The notes under the pieces were generated by a model. It had not been told where the DNA came from. It was given only the letters and a program-made list of their open reading frames with translations, and made no database searches. A DNA stretch of 64,000 nucleotides from Candidatus Latescibacterota bacterium (lineage in GTDB: Bacteria; Latescibacterota; UBA2968; GCA-2709665): positions 2,048,001 through 2,112,000 of the forward strand of contig OZ244937.1 in assembly GCA_965222075.1 (NCBI GenBank). Direction: 5' to 3'. Position numbers and translations under genes: made by a program. Numbering within the stretch: the stretch's first letter is position 1; every line of letters begins with the position of its first letter. Positions 47,552 through 57,322 of this stretch are shown piece after piece.

Positions 47552-48538
47552 GTGAAACAGCTTAGATTCACGATACTGCTCGCCGCGATGGGGGTGCTCC
47601 TGTTTGCGCCTCCCGGCGACGCGGTTATCAAGGATGAAGTCGAGCGGCTCTTTGGCACACAAAAGTGGCTCGGCCTGGCCGGGTTTCAGTTCCTCAAGAT
47701 CGGGCAGGGTGCCCGGCCCGTGGCCATGGGCGATGCCTATACGGCCGTGGCGGACGATATCAACGCGATCTTCTGGAATCCGGCGGGGCTGACGGCCATC
47801 CGGGGCACGGCCTGGACGGCCTCCTACACGAAGTGGCTGGTGGACTCCTACCTCTACTCCGCGGCGGTGGCCTGGAACACGGGCACGGCCAGGGGCGGGG
47901 TGCTGGGCGGCAGCGTGGTGGCCTTGAGGTTCCCGCATATCGAGGAAACAACGACCTTCCAGCCGCAAGGTACGGGTGCCGGTGTGTCCACCGGGGATGT
48001 GGCCATCGGCGTGGTCTACGCGCTGAAGCTGACGGACAAATTTTCGTTCGCCTCCCGGGTGTCGTGGGTCAGCCAGACCCTCCATACCGAAAGCGTCAGC
48101 ACCATCAGTGTGGACGTGGGCACGCTCTTCTATACGGGCTTTAAGAGCCTGCGTCTGGCCATGGCGCTGAAGAACTACGGCCCGGACAAGAAGATTGTGG
48201 AGAACAAATTCTTCATGCCCCTTTATTACCACGTAGCTGCGGCAGGGGAGATCTACGGGGAGAAGGGAGACCCCGCTTATCTGACCGTGTCGGGGGAATC
48301 CGCGTTTGCGGCGGACTACGAGCTGCGCGCGCACCTGGGGGCCGAGATGTGGTTTCAGAACATGGTTGCCCTGCGGGCAGGCTACAAGTTCAACTACGAC
48401 ACGGATACCTACAGTGCAGGGGTAGGCCTGAACTACGAAATCGCCGGTGACCGGGCAGTGACGGTGGACCTCTCCTACACGGATATGGGCAGGTACTTCG
48501 ACGGTCCCATACGGGTGACGGTTGGGGGGATGTTTTAG
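47552..48538 (+). CDS. PorV/PorQ-family (UPF0164) outer-membrane beta-barrel
   Basis: Signal peptide, FLKIGQGARPVAMGDAYTAVADDINAIFWNPAGL, LRAGY, terminal Phe. Confidence 0.88.
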   Translation: MKQLRFTILLAAMGVLLFAPPGDAVIKDEVERLFGTQKWLGLAGFQFLKIGQGARPVAMGDAYTAVADDINAIFWNPAGLTAIRGTAWTASYTKWLVDSYLYSAAVAWNTGTARGGVLGGSVVALRFPHIEETTTFQPQGTGAGVSTGDVAIGVVYALKLTDKFSFASRVSWVSQTLHTESVSTISVDVGTLFYTGFKSLRLAMALKNYGPDKKIVENKFFMPLYYHVAAAGEIYGEKGDPAYLTVSGESAFAADYELRAHLGAEMWFQNMVALRAGYKFNYDTDTYSAGVGLNYEIAGDRAVTVDLSYTDMGRYFDGPIRVTVGGMF

Positions 48539-48803
48539 GGAAAAAGACGGCGCCTTAGAGAGGGGATGGAGACCGGAACCGATCTCCTGGACTTGAGCCT
48601 GCCGTTGGGCAGATTTGCACCCCCGTCTTTTTGACTTTGGATGGGGGTGCACCTATTTTTCCCGGAACGTCTACATCATTTATGTGGCCTGCGTGGAAAG
48701 TCTGGTACAGGCCGCAAAGCTGCTCGGAGACTTCGGTCGAGGAGCGGCTGGCCATCTACGTTGGCGAAGGCCGCGGCGTTGCGTGTTGGGAAGGAACTGT
48801 TTC

Positions 48804-51800
48804 ATGTCCAAGTTTGGCGTGTTTATCCCGAAATCCGCTCGGTCGAAAGCACCCACCTCGACGGGCTCACCCGGCCCTCCTGCGCTGGACGCCACATCGG
48901 GCCTGAGTTCCGACCGGCTCTCGGAGAGACCCTTTTCACAGGCAGACCTGGAACGATACTACGGGGGATTTTTCCCCACGCCGGAGTGGACCAACGCCCT
49001 CCAGCCCGTGCCGCGCGACCGTCGCGCCAACCCTCAGTTGACGGACATATTGATCAAGCCGCTTACCCAGGATCAAATCGAGCGCCTGAAACAGGACGCC
49101 GAACCCTACCTGCGTGTCTCGCCGAATGACCTGATCGGAATGGCCCCGGTGCGCAACCGCATCGCAGGCAACGCCCGCGTGATGCCCTCCACGCGAATCG
49201 CCCGGTGTCCCGACGGCGACGGCGAAACGCTCACCTGGCGGCCCGACGACCCGGATAAGATCTGGTGTCCGCAGGGCCACACAGTAGACCCCTTCGCACG
49301 CTACCCCCAGACCGGCAGCATCCGGATCACGGGTCCCAAAGGGGACGAGCAGGACTACCCCTACCACGACGCGCCGGATGGAAAGCGGATCTACCTCTAC
49401 GGCGAGTTTATGGATTCGCTGCGCGTGTACTATCTGATCGAAGCCTCAAAAACCCTGGGAATGCTGTACCACCTCACCGGCGACATTGCATACGCCGAAC
49501 GCGCTGCGGCCATCCTCCACGGCTTCGCCCGCGCGGTGCCCCACTGGCCCAAGACCCATCGGGGGCTTCCGGGAATTGCGGAAGAAGACCGGCTTTGCCC
49601 GGTAACCGAATTTTCCGATTGCGCCGGAATCTGGTACGACAGATACCACACGGGCACGATACACCTCAGCATACTTGGGGAAGCGTACGACTTCATTGTC
49701 AATGCCCACGTCTGGGAACCGCTGGACAGCTCGGCGCCCGGCAAAGACACACGGGTCTGGATCGAGAACGACCTCTTTCTTTACTGCGTGAAAGACGCGA
49801 TCCGGTACGACATCCAGTACCCCCATCCCGACGCCGCCCTGAGCAATTATATACCCTCCCAGGCCGCAGGCTTTACCCTCATCGGGCGGGGCGTGGGCAT
49901 TCCCGAACTGGTCCACTACGCCTACTGGAAGCTCAAACAACTGGCCGAAAAGACGATCATGGCCGACTACGTATTCCCCGAGAGCATGTCCTACGGATCC
50001 ATGCACATCCACGGTATCGCCAGCGCCTCGGAAAAAGGGCAGGGATACGCCGATCCGCCCGGCTTTGTTTCGAGTATCGACGGCGGGCGGTTCGACAGCT
50101 TAGATAACGAGCAGGAACTCCCCGTTCTCCAGCGGGCGGTCGATACCCTGGCGACGATGGTCTATCCGGACGGCAACTACATCCAGGCCCACGATACCCA
50201 CCACACCATGAGGCGGAGGAAGGATGTTACTCCCGGGGAGACCCGGCCGTCCAACCTGGCCCCCAAAAAGACACGACCGCTGATCTATCCCGCTTTCGGA
50301 CATGCCTTTTTAGCAAGGGGGGAAGCAGAGAAAGGAAACCAGATCCAGGCCCACCTCCACTACTCGGGCAACTGGGGACACGACCACGACGACATGCTCA
50401 ACACCATCCTCTGGTCGTACAGCGAAGAGATGATATCCGACATCGGCTACCAGCTCACGTACGCCGGCTTCTCCAAAATCGCCGCCGGACACAACTTAGT
50501 GGTTGTAGACCGTAACACCCAGGCCAGAGTATCTTTGCCGGGGCGCCTGCTCGGGTGGCATCCGGCGGAGAATGGGGTGCAGGTGGTTGAGGCCTCGGCG
50601 CCGGAGGTCTACCCTCAGTGCAGCACGTACCGCCGGACATTATTCCTCATTCCCATTGGCGAAATGGACAACCTGGTCCTGGACATCTTCGACGTGGAAG
50701 GCGGCAGCATCCACGAATGGATGGCCCAGGGAAGCTGCATGGTCGAGCAGGCCCTGGACGTCCCGGTTCCCACCCGGTACCATGCGGACAGCTATGCGGA
50801 CGACGGGGTGCCCTTCACCCCGCCTGCCCACCGCGAATGGGAAAAGCAGCTGCACGCCCAGGGGCTCAAACCGCGCGATGTGAACCCCTGGTACGGCGTG
50901 TTTCGAAACGTCCACAAAGGACGTGTGGAAGGGCCGTTTACGGCCACCTTTCGCGCTGAGAACCCGGACATGCCCGATGTACGCCTGCACATGCTCCTGC
51001 CCACAGACGGCGACCTCTACACCTGCACCGTGCCCACCCTTCGACAGTGCTGGAGCAACGCCCTGCAAATAGAAGACCATTCCCTGGTGGAAAAATTCCG
51101 AATGCCCAAGCTCGTCATTCGACGCGAGGGAGAAAATCTGCGCAGCCGGTTTGTTGGATTGTGGGAACCCGCACGCGGCTCCATGGTCGTCAAAGAGGTG
51201 AAAAATCTCGCCCCCGGGCACTCCGAACTCGTGGCCGTAGAAATTCGTACCACCGGCGGGCACACGGTTCAACTTTTCTATTCGTCCGACCCTTCAAAGC
51301 GCCACGAGATCAGCAATGGAATGGAGTTTCAGGGCCGCTATGCGTCGGTCATCTCCCAAAACGAGAGCAAGCAGATAACACTTTACGACTGCGCATCCTT
51401 CCATAACGGCGACCTGGAACTGGCCCTGTCGCCTCGCCCGCCCCTGCCGGTGGAAGAAGTGCGCGAACAGGAGGGAGACAACGCCCTGCTGGTCCTGAAT
51501 GGCGTGTGGACGGACATACCCGAAGACCGCCCGCTTCAATTTGAAGAGCCCGAGCTGGTCATTCTGACTCAAAACGGCGGCCACCAGAGGGCCTTCCCCA
51601 TCCAGGCGGTGGAGAGAGAGGGCAGCAAGACCCTGCTGCGGTGCAGCCGCCATCCGGGATTTGATTACGACCGCGAATCGGGCGTACTCAGAGAGATCAC
51701 CACGCCGTTTCAGGTCGTGGAAGGCAGGGCGGAGGTGACGCTGCCCAACCGTACGTGGGTTCGCTCGCGTGTGGCTCGGCCCGACGTGTGGAAGGTCCGG

Positions 51801-51890
51801 TCGACGAACGCAGTCAGCATCGGCGCACACCGGGTTGAATGGAGCGGCAACTGGATAACTGTTGGGCGGAAGTGTTCCGAGGAATCATGA
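48804..51890 (+). CDS. Heparinase II/III-like polysaccharide lyase (paralogue of 34508-37456)
   Basis: Shares long identical peptides with the 34508 gene (YPYHDAPDGKRIYLYGE, QAHLHYSGNWGHDH, GLKPRDVNPWYGVFR). ATG 48804 follows GAAGGA. Confidence 0.85.
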   Translation: MSKFGVFIPKSARSKAPTSTGSPGPPALDATSGLSSDRLSERPFSQADLERYYGGFFPTPEWTNALQPVPRDRRANPQLTDILIKPLTQDQIERLKQDAEPYLRVSPNDLIGMAPVRNRIAGNARVMPSTRIARCPDGDGETLTWRPDDPDKIWCPQGHTVDPFARYPQTGSIRITGPKGDEQDYPYHDAPDGKRIYLYGEFMDSLRVYYLIEASKTLGMLYHLTGDIAYAERAAAILHGFARAVPHWPKTHRGLPGIAEEDRLCPVTEFSDCAGIWYDRYHTGTIHLSILGEAYDFIVNAHVWEPLDSSAPGKDTRVWIENDLFLYCVKDAIRYDIQYPHPDAALSNYIPSQAAGFTLIGRGVGIPELVHYAYWKLKQLAEKTIMADYVFPESMSYGSMHIHGIASASEKGQGYADPPGFVSSIDGGRFDSLDNEQELPVLQRAVDTLATMVYPDGNYIQAHDTHHTMRRRKDVTPGETRPSNLAPKKTRPLIYPAFGHAFLARGEAEKGNQIQAHLHYSGNWGHDHDDMLNTILWSYSEEMISDIGYQLTYAGFSKIAAGHNLVVVDRNTQARVSLPGRLLGWHPAENGVQVVEASAPEVYPQCSTYRRTLFLIPIGEMDNLVLDIFDVEGGSIHEWMAQGSCMVEQALDVPVPTRYHADSYADDGVPFTPPAHREWEKQLHAQGLKPRDVNPWYGVFRNVHKGRVEGPFTATFRAENPDMPDVRLHMLLPTDGDLYTCTVPTLRQCWSNALQIEDHSLVEKFRMPKLVIRREGENLRSRFVGLWEPARGSMVVKEVKNLAPGHSELVAVEIRTTGGHTVQLFYSSDPSKRHEISNGMEFQGRYASVISQNESKQITLYDCASFHNGDLELALSPRPPLPVEEVREQEGDNALLVLNGVWTDIPEDRPLQFEEPELVILTQNGGHQRAFPIQAVEREGSKTLLRCSRHPGFDYDRESGVLREITTPFQVVEGRAEVTLPNRTWVRSRVARPDVWKVRSTNAVSIGAHRVEWSGNWITVGRKCSEES

Positions 51891-51947
51891 ACAATATCGC
51901 GGCAACGTAATACAATAAATGCTGAAAAAACAGAGAGGAAGAACGGA

Positions 51948-54314
51948 ATGGAGCTTGCCGTCACAGACGGAATCTACTCGAAGGACAACTACGAACCGAG
52001 TCTCTGCGCCCTGTCGAACGGCCGGGCGTGCTGGATGGCGTGGGCGGCCTACGAGAGGGATGGGTCCAGGGCTTTTGTGCGACGGTTCGACGGAGAGGAT
52101 GCAGGGGAAGTGACGCCGATTTCTCCCAGCAAGAGGATGCAGACGAGGCCGATTTGTGTGCCGATGGATACGGGGGTACGGTTCGTCTGGTTCGAGAAGG
52201 AGGGGCAGACCTATTCCATCTGGAGCCGTGAACACGGGGGGGATGCGTTTACCGGGTGCGAGGAGCTGGCTGTGTTGCCGGAGTCGGCGAAGCCGTGGGA
52301 GCTGCAGGCGCTCTGCGATGAGAGCGGGACCCTTTGGGTAACCTGGGCGCAGTCCGTTAAGAATAACAGCAGCATCGAGGTTTTCGGGTTTCTACAGGGG
52401 AGTGAGCCGGTGCACTTCTCGTTGGGAAATGAGAGCCGATACAATTATCGACCCAGAATGGTTGCGTGGAAAGCAGAGGGAATCTATCTGATCTGGGACA
52501 GTTATGTGGATGAGGCGTACGACATTTACGGCTGTCCCGTGCTGCCGTCCGGCCCTTCGGAGGTGGTGAAGATCAGTTGCGATGCTGCGTGGGAGAACAA
52601 GTCGGCCATCTGCCGGGATCGGGACGGTGCGCTCTGGGCGGTGTGGGTGCGGTGGCAGGATGTGATGTATCGCCAGAGTACGATTCAGCAGAAGTTTTCG
52701 GTTCGAGGGGCACGGCTTGAGGGCGATTCGTGGGAACCTCTGTTGGGCGCGGACGGGGGATCGGACATTGCGCCGCTCCATTACGGGTTGCTGACCGATT
52801 TTCCGCGCCTGCCCAATCTGGGACATATAGGCAGGCGGCTTTTTCCGATTCTGAAGGGGGCCGAAGACGGCGGAGTCTGGCTCTTTTACGAGGTGAAGGC
52901 GGACCAGGATCACCATACGCTTCTTTCAAAAGGGCGGATGTTTGCCCATCGGTGCGTCGATGGGACCTGGTCGGGGCCTTACACTGTGAGGGAGGGTCGC
53001 GTTTTCTACGAGTTGCCCCACAATAACTCCCTCAGCACCGGGACCTTCCTGATCTCACGGGACTTCGATTCCGATGAGCTTTACCTGGAAAAAGTCGATC
53101 TGTCGGCGGATTTTCCGGTTGTCCCGGAGGAGAAGCGCAGCGTCAATTTGGAGCAATGGGAGGAGATCCGACTGCCGTTCAAGGAGCGACGAGAAACAGA
53201 CAGGGCTTCCAACGAATTGCCCGGCGAAACAAATGGAAAGTACCAACTTTTCTGGGCAGACCTGCACTGCCACTCGGCGGTGTCGATCGAGATGGAGGGA
53301 GAGCCGGACGAGCTGGGACACTTTGCGCGGGACAAGGCGCAGATCGACGCGCTGACAGTGTCTGACAACGACAATTTCTGGGACCGGTTCAGACGCAATC
53401 AGGTACGCCATCTGAAGGATTACGAGTGGGACTACGTGAAGGGCAACGCCCTTCTGCTCAATGAGCCGGGGCGGTTTGCGATGTTTCCAGGCTACGAGAT
53501 GGGGACTGGTGGCGACAACAGCAAACCGGGCGCGAAGTGGAAGCACAACCACCGCTCGGTGATGTCGGACGACGACGAGATGGAGATGGATCTGCTCAAC
53601 TTCAAGTACATAGACGCCTATATGAGAGAAGAGCGGGAGACCCACAAGGAGATCCAGGAGTGCATTGCCTGGTGCAGGGAAAGGGAATACCTCCCGCTGC
53701 CTCATCCACACGACGGACACTGGAATCTGGTTGATACGGACGTGGAATGGGGCATCGACGTGTGCGCCGCCTGGATGATCAATATGGATCTTTTCGATAT
53801 CTACTTCAAGTATCTGGACGCAGGCCACAAATTCGCATTCACCGGCAGCGGAGACAGCCATCACCGGAACCCCGGATTGAGCGGCGCCATCACCGGAATC
53901 TGGGCCGACAGGCTGGATCGCGCCTCCCTCCTTGAAGCCATCAAGGCGCGGCGCTGCTTCGCCACTGCTGGGCAACGAATCCTCATCGAATTCACCATCA
54001 ACGACCACATGATGGGCAGCTCGCTGGTGATGGAGGAAGACCCCGTGCTCAAGTGGCGGGTCGTGGGCGAAGAAAACCAGGACTACATCCTGCGCATCCA
54101 CCGGGACGGGCGCCTGATGCACGAAGACCGGTTCGTCGGACAGACCCGGGGAGAACTGGAAGAATACCGGCTGTGCCAGTATCGTCCGGGAAAGCACTAC
54201 TACTACCTCGAAGTCCTCTCCCCCGATCCGATTCCCCAGTATCCGGCCAACGTTGCGCATGCCCTGGGCGCAAAGGGATGGAGTACCCCGATCTGGATCG
54301 AGACAACGAATTGA
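51948..54314 (+). CDS. PHP-like / DUF3604-type metallohydrolase with N-terminal beta-rich domain
   Basis: WADLHCHS, PGYE, HNHR, PHPH, GSGDSH, LLEAIKARRCFAT. Confidence 0.75.
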   Translation: MELAVTDGIYSKDNYEPSLCALSNGRACWMAWAAYERDGSRAFVRRFDGEDAGEVTPISPSKRMQTRPICVPMDTGVRFVWFEKEGQTYSIWSREHGGDAFTGCEELAVLPESAKPWELQALCDESGTLWVTWAQSVKNNSSIEVFGFLQGSEPVHFSLGNESRYNYRPRMVAWKAEGIYLIWDSYVDEAYDIYGCPVLPSGPSEVVKISCDAAWENKSAICRDRDGALWAVWVRWQDVMYRQSTIQQKFSVRGARLEGDSWEPLLGADGGSDIAPLHYGLLTDFPRLPNLGHIGRRLFPILKGAEDGGVWLFYEVKADQDHHTLLSKGRMFAHRCVDGTWSGPYTVREGRVFYELPHNNSLSTGTFLISRDFDSDELYLEKVDLSADFPVVPEEKRSVNLEQWEEIRLPFKERRETDRASNELPGETNGKYQLFWADLHCHSAVSIEMEGEPDELGHFARDKAQIDALTVSDNDNFWDRFRRNQVRHLKDYEWDYVKGNALLLNEPGRFAMFPGYEMGTGGDNSKPGAKWKHNHRSVMSDDDEMEMDLLNFKYIDAYMREERETHKEIQECIAWCREREYLPLPHPHDGHWNLVDTDVEWGIDVCAAWMINMDLFDIYFKYLDAGHKFAFTGSGDSHHRNPGLSGAITGIWADRLDRASLLEAIKARRCFATAGQRILIEFTINDHMMGSSLVMEEDPVLKWRVVGEENQDYILRIHRDGRLMHEDRFVGQTRGELEEYRLCQYRPGKHYYYLEVLSPDPIPQYPANVAHALGAKGWSTPIWIETTN

Positions 54315-54333
54315 CCCCAGACTTACCCCGATT

Positions 54334-54424
54334 GAGTTCCGAGTTCCACCTCACCTCCACACCACCCCTGTTCCGAGTTCCGAGTTAAAACCTGAAGCAT
54401 CGGGAGAAGCGTGGAACTCGGAAC
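54334..54424. repeat. Heptamer (GTTCCGA) tandem and inverted repeat cluster
   Basis: GAGTTCCGAGTTCC at 54334, GTTCCGAGTTCCGAGTT at 54370, inverted GGAACTCGGAAC at 54413-54424. Confidence 0.65.
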
Positions 54425-54484
54425 TTCTGTAAACCAATATCAGGCGAAAGGGAATAGCAAACAGGGAGTCCGGAGGATATCGCT

Positions 54485-55843
54485 ATGAGTGCTGAATTCC
54501 AGGCGGGAGCCGCAACGGCCAATATTACCCCCTGCCTGGGGACTTCGATCCCGGGGAGTTTTCAGCCCCGGTTTGCGGAGGACGTGCACGACGAGCTGCT
54601 GGCAAAAGCTCTGGTGATTGACAACGGTGACACGCGTCTGGCGATGGTGACGTGCGACCTGGTGGTTGTGACGCAAAAGATGGTGGATGCGGCCAAGGCG
54701 CGGATTGCAGAGCGGTGTGAGATCCCGCCCGAGCATGTGATGGTGAACGCGACGCATACGCACACCGGCCCGGGGGTGGTAGACCTAGTGATTATCGAGG
54801 AGGATCGGGAGTATACCGCGTGGGCGCCGTTGAAGATTGCGGACGCAGTGGAGCTGGCGGTGCAACGGCTGCGCCCGGCGCGGATCGGCTTTGCCAGCGT
54901 GGAAGAGGGCCGGATCGCGTTTCACCGGAGGTGGCATATGAAAGACGGCACGGTCCGGATGAATCCGGGGGCCAACAATCCGGATCTGGTCCGGCCGGCT
55001 GGACCGATCGATCCGGAGCTTGCGATGATATACGTGGAGGGAACGGACGGGACGCCGATTTCGGCAGTGGCCAATTTTTCACTCCATTACGTGGGTACAG
55101 ACAACCGGCAGGCGATTTCGGCGGACTATTTCGGTCACTTCTTCCGGCTGATGCGGCATTACCTGGGGGCCAATTGTGTGCCGATGCTGTGGAATGCGGC
55201 TTCGGGACAGATCAACAATATCGATTACAGCGGGCGCACGGCGTGGAAAGACCGGGGCCATCGGCAGGCGGTGAGGATGGCGAACGTGCTGGCGGGGCAC
55301 ATGATTACGGAGATCCAGTTGATGGAGATGCACGAGACGCTGGAACTGGCGGGAATGGTGGACACATTTGAGTTTCCGCGCAAAGGGATTACGGCAGGCG
55401 ATCTGGAGGTGGCGGAGAAGGTGCTTGCCGTGCCCGAGGGGACGTATGAGGATTACGAGACCGGTCCGTTTAGCTGGGTGGTGGGCCAGCCGATCCCCAA
55501 GAACCTATTGCACGCCTACGCCCTCCAGTGCCGGCACATGGCTGACCTGCCGGAAAAAATGACCGCGCCCGTACAGGTCTTGAAGCTGGGGAAGGCGGCG
55601 ATCGTGGCCCTGCCGGGTGAGGTGTTCGTCGAGACTGGACTCAGCATCAAATCCCAGGCATCCGCCGCGCCGCTGTTCCTGGTAAGCCTGGCCAACGGGT
55701 ATATCGGATATATCTGTACGGACACGGCGCTTACGGAACAAGGAGGGTATGAGACGTGGGCGGGGACATGGTCCCTGGGGGGCGTGGAAACGGAGCCGGC
55801 GATGGAAAATACGGCGCTTTCTCTTTTAGGTGAACTGGAGTAG
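54485..55843 (+). CDS. Neutral/alkaline ceramidase-like metal-dependent hydrolase
   Basis: VHDELLAKAL, NATHTHTGP, NFSLHY, SADYFG, LPGEVF, LANGYIGY, GGYE. Confidence 0.8.
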   Translation: MSAEFQAGAATANITPCLGTSIPGSFQPRFAEDVHDELLAKALVIDNGDTRLAMVTCDLVVVTQKMVDAAKARIAERCEIPPEHVMVNATHTHTGPGVVDLVIIEEDREYTAWAPLKIADAVELAVQRLRPARIGFASVEEGRIAFHRRWHMKDGTVRMNPGANNPDLVRPAGPIDPELAMIYVEGTDGTPISAVANFSLHYVGTDNRQAISADYFGHFFRLMRHYLGANCVPMLWNAASGQINNIDYSGRTAWKDRGHRQAVRMANVLAGHMITEIQLMEMHETLELAGMVDTFEFPRKGITAGDLEVAEKVLAVPEGTYEDYETGPFSWVVGQPIPKNLLHAYALQCRHMADLPEKMTAPVQVLKLGKAAIVALPGEVFVETGLSIKSQASAAPLFLVSLANGYIGYICTDTALTEQGGYETWAGTWSLGGVETEPAMENTALSLLGELE

Positions 55844-56018
55844 AAAGTAATGGTACTCGGCAGAAATTCCTGACCGGTTGCACACTCTTTTGAACCATAG
55901 AGATCACGGAGACCACAGCGCGGCCGTTGGCCGCAACCAAAGTGGAAATCGGTAGGCATCGTTCCGATATTAGGCGTGTACTGACACATACAACGCCACG
56001 ATATGGAGGATGCCTACC

Positions 56019-56870
56019 ATGGAACAGTTTACGTCAAAGCATGCCCAAGGTGTTATTGGTTTGTTGAGTGGTTGGGATCGGATCGTGTTTCGTGGAACCT
56101 ATCGTATTCTTAGCGTTACGAAGGGGATGATGGAGTATCTGTGGCGCACAAGCGTCCGGCTGTGTGATTTCACTGAGCATGCCAAGGCCATGACGGCTAC
56201 GCTCCTTGAGGCTTCGCTTGCTCAGGCAGAAAGGGAAGGGCGTCCCATCCAGTATCTTCCCTCCAGTGCGACAGACAAGGAAGCGGAGGCACGGAAGATC
56301 CTGGAAGAGCATCCGGTGGATCGAGGGCTGGTCGGTCTCTTGACCTGCGTTGAGCCGTGCTTGACCTTCGAGGTCCATCGCAACCGGGCAGCGAAGAAGC
56401 TAGAACTGCGCGCGAAATGGGGGAAGTGTCTCCATCTGTATCACTACTACTTGGATCCATGCTTCGGTTTGATGAACGCCCGCATCGAGACCACCATCAA
56501 CCAGTCTCGTGAGTTCAAGGTATACCGCACCTCTGAGAGGAATCCAGGAGGCGATAAGAAGTGGCTCCCGATGCGCAAGGGAATCGCGGATTTACACCGA
56601 CGTGCCCAGGTCTCCCAAAAGGCAAACGAACGATATCTGGATGCCCTTGCCCAGTTGGACTCCACAGTACGGCTGGAAGAACTACTTGCTCCTGTATCTC
56701 GGCCCACCAGGCGCAACGGCAAGACCGTCCGTGCCCTGCGCCTATGGACCGCCGAAGACCAGGCCCTGCTGGAGGCCATCAACCGACCTGAGTTCCTCCT
56801 GGCTGGCTTCCGCAATCGCGATCTAGCGCAGATCCTTTACCCCGGCGCTCAAACCAACCCATTGATCTGA
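56019..56870 (+). pseudogene. Truncated and probably internally deleted transposase-like gene of an unclassified family
   Basis: GLLSGWDRIVFRGT, KCLHLYHYY, RIETTINQ, MRKGIADLHRRAQVSQKANERYLDAL, GFRNRDL, then an abrupt end in AT-rich sequence. The family is recalled from memory and was not searched. Confidence 0.55.
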
Positions 56871-56876
56871 TCGTAC

Positions 56877-57059
56877 TTGAAATCTGATGGTTTTAGACCC
56901 ATGATGGGTTTTCATACCGTGTGCCGGCGCGAGAATCCCGAACTTGGACTCGCCAGATCCATTTACAAGCAATGCCACCTGACTTTGAGAGTTACACTGT
57001 TCAGTGTAGAAGGTTCTCAAAAACCGCGCCAAATCAGGCTTTTCGATTTTCCTTTATAA
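56877..57059 (+). mobile_element. Possible remnant of an IS4-like transposase C-terminus
   Basis: Degenerate SIY...LRVTLF...QIRLFDF resembles IS4-type C-terminal ends. AT-rich context. Confidence 0.25.
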
Positions 57060-57322
57060 AGACTACAGAGAGCAATTTGGTGGGCGACGGCTAAGATGCC
57101 GGCAGATTCACTGCCCTGAGCCCAAGAGTAAAATTCAGCCTAACGATTTGTTTATAAGAACTTTGTATGAGTTTTTTCGAAATGCTCATTCAACGCTAGG
57201 AGTGGCCGGATAGCCTTCAAAATCTTTCTAAACACACAGATCAGAGTGGGCATAAGTCGATATTAGACAACTGGATATGCTATAAAAACTTTCTGTTCGC
57301 TAACTCTTGAACTTGGGATGCC

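Noticed and set aside
48615-48803. 63-codon N-terminal extension of the fourth lyase
   Set aside because: TTG start without a clear RBS. The paralogue begins at MSKFG, matching ATG 48804.
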